The translations under genes were made by a program, and so were the position numbers. The notes beneath the pieces were generated by a model. That model did no database searches. It worked only from the letters and a program-made list of their open reading frames with translations, and was not told the DNA's origin. A stretch of 64,000 nucleotides of DNA from Porphyridium purpureum (taxonomy: Eukaryota): positions 1,488,001-1,552,000 of the forward strand of contig VRMN01000003.1 in the NCBI GenBank assembly GCA_008690995.1. The letters are read 5' to 3'. Each line of letters starts with the position of its first letter. The stretch's first letter is position 1. This document shows positions 58,388 through 64,000 of this stretch, in pieces.

Positions 58388-60541
58388 CTAGAGATCCTCA
58401 AACCTGCTATCTAGAAGAATCCAGCTGAAAGAATTCTTGACAGGGATAAACTCAACATCACCAAAGTCATAGCCAACCATGAACGCCTCCTCACCTTCGA
58501 TCGTTTGGATCCCGCCGATGCTTCCGGGGCGCCATCCAAGCTCGCCTTTCAGATTGTACTTTGCAACCATGACTTTTCTGCCCGTTAGGCGAGAGGCGCA
58601 CTCTGCGTACATTTCCACCAGGGACTTCCCAGTCGACGAAATGGCGATTGTTGTTGATTCCGTTTTTGCTGCATCATCAACCCGCCCAGAGCCATCCGAA
58701 GCCGCAGAAGACGACGCTCTCGACTGCCCTGACCCCGCGACAAGAGCCTCTTGCGCCGGTCGCTGCTCCGCTGCCAAGGACTTGTCAACCTCGACACATT
58801 CATCTTGGCCGTTCTGGAAGGACAACCTCTGCGGCTCGCGCAGCCTCATGCGAACGACGACGCCACTGCCTGATGGACTCCCCTCGACATTTGCATCTAC
58901 CATCGGCGTTGCCAAGTCTGTCTCCTCATCTGCAGGCGACAGCAGCAAATCATCGATACTCAACCCCTTTTTCCGCCTCCATCCCAGCAAAGCAGCGCGA
59001 CGCTTTTTGATACGGAGGAGCAGTCTTTGTCGATCAACTTGCGCTTGCGGATCTTCTGCGGGGGCATGCATGGTGATATCGTGGACCATGGCCTCGTCAT
59101 GTTGCTCCTGCGCAGCCGAAACCCGGCGCAAGGAGCGATTAGTGCGTTTGTCCCCAAGTTCACTATCATGGTTCCCTTGCTGCTCTTGCTGTTCAATGTC
59201 CAACTGTGGTCGAAAGTGGTCTGCGTCTAGCCCGTCACGACTTTTGTTTTCAATACCCGGTCGTTCAGTTCCTTGGACTTCATCGTTTGAAGGCACAGGC
59301 CCCACCGCAGCAGCCACATTTCTATATTTGAAACGGGCAGTCCTATCCTCTTCATGCCCATTTGCATAGGCCTGGCCACGGGCGCCACCCTTTTGGCCAG
59401 CTTCTAGTGTCTCCACATTGGCCGCCGTGTCCGCGTGCTCCTCATCGTTCTGCTCCTCCCCTGATTCACTTCCCAGAGGATAACCAGATGACGACCTTCG
59501 TCGCTTGCGGCTACTTCTCATCGCCAAAATTCGTTCTGTAGAACGTTTGGGTCGAAGACTCTTTCGTTCGGGAGTACCAAATTTCTCTCCTTTCTCACTT
59601 GATCCCTCCGCAATTCTGTCCTGCGGACTGTTTCCACTTCCAGATAGATGTTCGAATGCTGCCACCCTCTGCACTTCAACACCGTTTTCAGATTCGGATG
59701 CCAGGGGGGCATATTGCCCGCCCGGCGATGCGAGTGGCCGTTCGTCGCTTCGGCGCGATGCATCTGAAAGAGAGGTGGCTGGAGGACCGGCGCTTTGCTC
59801 GGGATGTTTTGAATTGTGTCCTTGCTTCAATGCATCATTGTTGGACGACACCATATGCATCGTTCGGTGCCGAGCACCTGGGTACCCCGCTCCCGTGGAA
59901 GATCCTATGATCAGATCCGGCGACTGATTCCACATCAGCGAGCTCGAGTAGTGCTCTCTTGAATCCTCTCCACTTTCCTGTGCGGTTGGGAGACCAGAAT
60001 GCAAGGCTGGTCCCGAAGTTCGAGCACGCCAGTGAGGAGCGGATGCCTGGGGGGGAGGCGCAGGAAGAGGAGCAGCAGGCGGCGGGAAGGAGCTCGTACC
60101 GTATCCTTGCCATGCTCCCTGCGACTGCGTGCCCATCCCCGTCGTCCAGGAATGACCCCTCCACGAACTCGTCGGGAAAGACCCCGAATATCTTTCAGAG
60201 CCCGTGGGCATGGAGTGCATGTGCCGCGAACCCTGGCTTTGTGACGAATACTCTGTCGGATGTGGTAGGCCTTGAACTGCGCCCCGGGTAGAATTCGGGT
60301 ACTCGGCAAATTCCCTGCGAGGTGCATTCAGTGCTCCTGTTTGCTCTTCAGCGCTCGCTCCATTTGGGGTCGGACCACTTCGGCGCGGTTGCTGCTGTTC
60401 TCCTTGTGCCGCGCTCGCGGCGTTCCCACCGTTCCCGCGCATGCCATCCGCGGAGGTGTCGATACTGCTCTTGGCTGCGCCCTTTGTGGCACTGCTGGGC
60501 GCCTCGTGCAAGCGCTCTCTCCCTTGCTGATCAACTCCCAT
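58388..60541 (-). CDS. Low-complexity probable nuclear protein with C-terminal Tudor-like domain
   Basis: NLS-like RKRRR; C-terminal GRKV......W..G.I.......F.V.YDFGDVE.I pattern. Confidence 0.65.
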   Translation of the reverse strand: MGVDQQGRERLHEAPSSATKGAAKSSIDTSADGMRGNGGNAASAAQGEQQQPRRSGPTPNGASAEEQTGALNAPRREFAEYPNSTRGAVQGLPHPTEYSSQSQGSRHMHSMPTGSERYSGSFPTSSWRGHSWTTGMGTQSQGAWQGYGTSSFPPPAAPLPAPPPQASAPHWRARTSGPALHSGLPTAQESGEDSREHYSSSLMWNQSPDLIIGSSTGAGYPGARHRTMHMVSSNNDALKQGHNSKHPEQSAGPPATSLSDASRRSDERPLASPGGQYAPLASESENGVEVQRVAAFEHLSGSGNSPQDRIAEGSSEKGEKFGTPERKSLRPKRSTERILAMRSSRKRRRSSSGYPLGSESGEEQNDEEHADTAANVETLEAGQKGGARGQAYANGHEEDRTARFKYRNVAAAVGPVPSNDEVQGTERPGIENKSRDGLDADHFRPQLDIEQQEQQGNHDSELGDKRTNRSLRRVSAAQEQHDEAMVHDITMHAPAEDPQAQVDRQRLLLRIKKRRAALLGWRRKKGLSIDDLLLSPADEETDLATPMVDANVEGSPSGSGVVVRMRLREPQRLSFQNGQDECVEVDKSLAAEQRPAQEALVAGSGQSRASSSAASDGSGRVDDAAKTESTTIAISSTGKSLVEMYAECASRLTGRKVMVAKYNLKGELGWRPGSIGGIQTIEGEEAFMVGYDFGDVEFIPVKNSFSWILLDSRFEDL

Positions 60542-60844
60542 AAATTGCAACCGAACGAGAGCACACGCAACCTTGTGTGCTTCGATTGGCTTCGTGTGCG
60601 CGCGTCTGCGGCGCAGAGCACTGAAAATGAGCAAAAACGGTCAATTAGCTACGAACACTGCAGCAAGCAACCGTGAGACGCGAACGGTGCGCGCCGGGGG
60701 AACAGGAAGAAAAAAGAGGGGGCGTGGGGGAGTTGCCTGGTGCAAAAGACGTGTTTAGAGAGCAGGTGCGTAAAGAAGACAAAGAGTTTGCTAGGCGAAT
60801 AAATACGGTCTCACGCTAATTGTCCAGAACTCGCCGCCTTTGAG

Positions 60845-63565
60845 CTAAGCCTCGCGAACTTCCACGTGGATCTTGTCATCTGCATGACCCTGCGTCAGTT
60901 TCTGCTCTTCTTCACGGTTCCGATCTTGGTTCTGGTCCTGGTCCTTTGCTTCGCCAGCCGCGTCGTGCTTCTGCGATACCGGCGGACGGTGTGGATGAGG
61001 GGATGCATGGGCACGGCGAACCGGACGGTGCACGAATCGAGGTCGCATGCTGATCGCGCTGGCATCGCTCATCTTGCTCATTCGTTGTCCATGCCTCAGG
61101 TCCTCAGACTCTTCACGGCCTCCTTCACTCAGGCCATGCTTGTTCTTGCCCAGGCCAGTGCCCATTGATTGAAGAATCCGATTTCGCCGTCTCGCGCTTC
61201 GGCTGGCGCCAAAGTCGTCTGAAAAGTAATCTTGCTGAAGTTCGAAGCTCATTTCGTCTTGGCTACTAATCGAGGGTCGTGAACTGCCTCCCCGCGAGCT
61301 TGCCTCATAGTGCAAATCAAGCGTGTTCTCGATAACACTATCGACCAGCTCTTCCACGAGGCTTTCGTCCACCAGGCACGTCACGGTAAGTACAAACACG
61401 TACTTGGTCATGCAGTGAGAGACCATGATCTGCACGTAAATCAGAGAGGCAAACGACAACGCAAAAGGTACCCACTGCTGCACGGGACTATCGTTTTCCG
61501 CAAACATCACATGGACAATTGAAATCGAAACGTCAAACACCACGGCCAGCGAAATCATCCCGACCAGCCAGAGATAGAGTGCGGGGTTCCCGAGCCAAAA
61601 GAACTGCTTTGCAAATTGTGTACGTGCCACAAGAAAGGGAAACAGTCGTCTGAAGAATGCAAAGCGAGCGCTTTCCTCATTTTCTTCATTCTGCATCTGT
61701 ATCAGCATAAAGCGGTCGAGTATGTCTTCTCTGTGCATTTCCCTGCTTCGCTGACTCATCTGAAGATTCCGCATTCGTTCTTCTTCTCGCATCTGTAATT
61801 TTTCAAAAGGGAGTCTTCCGGCAACTTCAATGCTAGGTCGCCCACTCGATCCTGAGGTGTGAGAGCTCGCCGACACCCTTCTGCCCTCTTGCTTGTACTG
61901 CAACGTAGTTGTGGTGAGGACCTGATGATCGCGTGCGCCAAAGTCCAGATTCTGAAGGTTTGCGAGCCTATGGTTCTGGGCAGGCTCGAAGCCAGAATCA
62001 GCCTTTTGCTCACCTACCCCCCGGTTGCCACCCTCAGAGCTTTTCTTCGCATGTGTGTCCACCGGTGCACCCACAGACGCACGTCGTGGTCCAGATGACT
62101 CAGTGTCACGCATGTTACGGAGCTCCGCACGAGCGCGCGTGCGTTGCTCCGTATCCACTGAATATCTGCCCTGCACCCTCGTTCCATTGCTTTCTTCATT
62201 TTTTGTCCCACTTTCTCTGCTTTTCGGGTGACGATGGTGGTCCTCAGTGAACAAACTGTCAAAAATGGAATCGTCTGGAGTTTTCGATGGAGCGCGAGAA
62301 TGCCCTCGCGATCTTTTGGATGGCGACCTCTGTGAGGCACTGGAACGGCCGCTTACTGGACTTCGCGTAGGAGCCGTCGGCACTTTTTCCGAATTTTCGG
62401 GATCCTCATGACTTCCTCCTTTCTCCTGAGGGGCAGGTTCCACTGGCTGCGACATAAGGTTCATGTTCGATAACTTTGCCACTTCATCGAGCATTTCTGA
62501 ATCCTCGTCATTGCCGTCGCTATCGCCTTTAGCGCCGCCTCCATTCGCCTTGGCAGTCACTTCCTGGTCCCCGTGCTTCTCACCAGAGGCTGGGTTACCT
62601 TTGCTCAAACGACGGTCATATTCGACATCAACCGGGAAAAGAGTGAAGGAGTACCCATCATCAAAGTAGGTCTCTGGATCTGAGATCAGCAGCACAAATG
62701 ATTTGCGAATTTTCAAATACAGCAATGTGATGCTCGAAATCGCGGCAAGATCGATGCACACACGCAGCCAAAAGTCATACCAGTTCTGCACGTTCGAGCT
62801 CACGTTACCGACATCAAAGAGCCATCGGCGCAAGGAATCAAATCCCACGAATACGAGACAGGAAAGCCAGTGAGTCCAGTGGATTTCGACAATTTCGACG
62901 AAAACGTGCGCCTTCACCTTTCGCAAAAAGCGGGAGAAGGCAAAGTTTTCTGGTAGCTTGCGGAAGAAGATAAACTGGAAACGGATGTCGTGGAACGACA
63001 TAATTTCAGCAAGTTTGCGGTGTCTTCTTATCTTCGACAGCTTTCCCTCGGCCCACAGGAAGTGCCTCCATAACCAGCTGTCCTTTGACTTGCGCTTGTC
63101 GTCATAAAGATCATACTCGACTCGCATGTCCTCGTACTCCTTGTACTCGATGTGTTCCATCTTAATCCACGTGGAGGACAACTTGAGCGACATGTACGCC
63201 GACGTGATGACCGAGACGCTGAAAAAGACCGCGAGCATGAACAAGAGCACGTGCGCTGCCTCAAACGCTAGCAGCACGTCCGGCGCCAAGTGGACCTGCG
63301 ACTCAACGACGAGCACAACCAGCGCAATGCAGCCCAGAATCATCAGCTCACGGTACAGCACCTTGAGAATGATCTGAATATACTTATGCTTCTCGTACGC
63401 CCATCGCTCCAGCGCACTCAGCATGAACGTCACGAGCACGTTGAACAGAATGATGGCCAGCCCAAGCAGCTCTGTGAGAAGCACAGACAAGTTATAGTCC
63501 GTGTCGCCCTCCCCGCCGCCAGCCCTCCACACCTGATACCCAGGCCATTGCCCCACGTCCCACAT
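60845..63565 (-). CDS. MLO-family 7-TM protein with a large internal insertion
   Basis: RELMILG.I.L, H.LLF.LAVF, W...E, F.FSRFL......F.EIVEIHW..W and FFWLGNP.L: MLO motifs in the expected order. Confidence 0.78.
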   Translation of the reverse strand: MWDVGQWPGYQVWRAGGGEGDTDYNLSVLLTELLGLAIILFNVLVTFMLSALERWAYEKHKYIQIILKVLYRELMILGCIALVVLVVESQVHLAPDVLLAFEAAHVLLFMLAVFFSVSVITSAYMSLKLSSTWIKMEHIEYKEYEDMRVEYDLYDDKRKSKDSWLWRHFLWAEGKLSKIRRHRKLAEIMSFHDIRFQFIFFRKLPENFAFSRFLRKVKAHVFVEIVEIHWTHWLSCLVFVGFDSLRRWLFDVGNVSSNVQNWYDFWLRVCIDLAAISSITLLYLKIRKSFVLLISDPETYFDDGYSFTLFPVDVEYDRRLSKGNPASGEKHGDQEVTAKANGGGAKGDSDGNDEDSEMLDEVAKLSNMNLMSQPVEPAPQEKGGSHEDPENSEKVPTAPTRSPVSGRSSASQRSPSKRSRGHSRAPSKTPDDSIFDSLFTEDHHRHPKSRESGTKNEESNGTRVQGRYSVDTEQRTRARAELRNMRDTESSGPRRASVGAPVDTHAKKSSEGGNRGVGEQKADSGFEPAQNHRLANLQNLDFGARDHQVLTTTTLQYKQEGRRVSASSHTSGSSGRPSIEVAGRLPFEKLQMREEERMRNLQMSQRSREMHREDILDRFMLIQMQNEENEESARFAFFRRLFPFLVARTQFAKQFFWLGNPALYLWLVGMISLAVVFDVSISIVHVMFAENDSPVQQWVPFALSFASLIYVQIMVSHCMTKYVFVLTVTCLVDESLVEELVDSVIENTLDLHYEASSRGGSSRPSISSQDEMSFELQQDYFSDDFGASRSARRRNRILQSMGTGLGKNKHGLSEGGREESEDLRHGQRMSKMSDASAISMRPRFVHRPVRRAHASPHPHRPPVSQKHDAAGEAKDQDQNQDRNREEEQKLTQGHADDKIHVEVREA

Positions 63566-63841
63566 CTTCACGTTACCGCTCCACGCGCCTCGGCCACCAC
63601 CCTTCCATCTTCTCTCCTTCCTCTGTCTCCCCCCCTCGCTCTATCTCTCTGTCTCTCCCCCGTCGCAGTGTGTTCTGTTCTACACTTCCAGCGTACGATT
63701 CTGGTTCGCCGCGTACACTTGAATATAAAAGCCGCTACAATTCTTTTAGAACGAGGCTGCCGCAGTTTAGTTTGAAGCGCCGAATCCGTGTACAGTACTG
63801 AACCGCCTTGGACTTTAATAAGGTACAGCGGAGGAACTGAT

Positions 63842-64000
63842 ATGGAGGCGGGGTGGGGGAAGGGGTGGGGGAAGGCGGGGTTTGTGGGAGTAGCGTGGGT
63901 TGGGGTGGGTGTTGGAGTGGGAGTCGGCAGGGGGATGTCGGCGATGAATGACATGATGTGGAACGCGGCGTTGCCGCCGGAGCGCGAGGTCGATGAGATG
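63842..64000 (+). CDS. Possible 5' end of a gene running off the right edge
   Basis: Open frame from ATG 63842/63935 (MSAMNDMMWNAALPPEREVDEM...) downstream of GTACAG motifs. Confidence 0.35.
   Translation, partial: MEAGWGKGWGKAGFVGVAWVGVGVGVGVGRGMSAMNDMMWNAALPPEREVDEM

Noticed and set aside
63849..63910. G-run-rich tract (potential G-quadruplex)
   Set aside because: Purine/G-rich leaders precede many genes in this window (e.g. 35640-35830, 43140-43236), so it is not distinctive.

Overview
This is gene-dense, GC-rich eukaryotic nuclear DNA. About 32 protein-coding genes are present, all apparently intronless, with very short intergenic spaces and several organelle-type N-terminal extensions. 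This organisation best fits a unicellular red alga of the Porphyridium type (inference). Most genes are housekeeping: ERD2, PME-1, RFC1, Sec20, a BI-1/TMBIM protein, Peter Pan, a p24 protein, organellar ValRS, TPK, RPL6, TadA, PHS1/PAS2, an AGC kinase, ABHD17 and NOC3. The most unusual elements are: (1) a compact, divergent cellular-type RNA-dependent RNA polymerase (DLDGD) with two tandem N-terminal HeH/SAP-like 'GGxxRRTK' modules; (2) a recurring GTACAG motif clustered in putative promoters, including four copies at an exact 20-bp period; (3) a C2H2 zinc-finger family sharing an unnamed N-terminal domain, with two intact genes and one full-length frameshifted pseudogene; (4) a Sec20 with an ~820-aa acidic lumenal tail ending in KDEL; (5) an MLO-like protein with a large internal insertion; (6) prokaryote-type genes (M32 carboxypeptidase, an MBL-fold protein); and (7) abutting or very tightly packed gene pairs. 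No tRNA, rRNA, CRISPR array or recognisable transposase was found. Start codons were moved to the likely ATG where the ORF track began at GTG/TTG.
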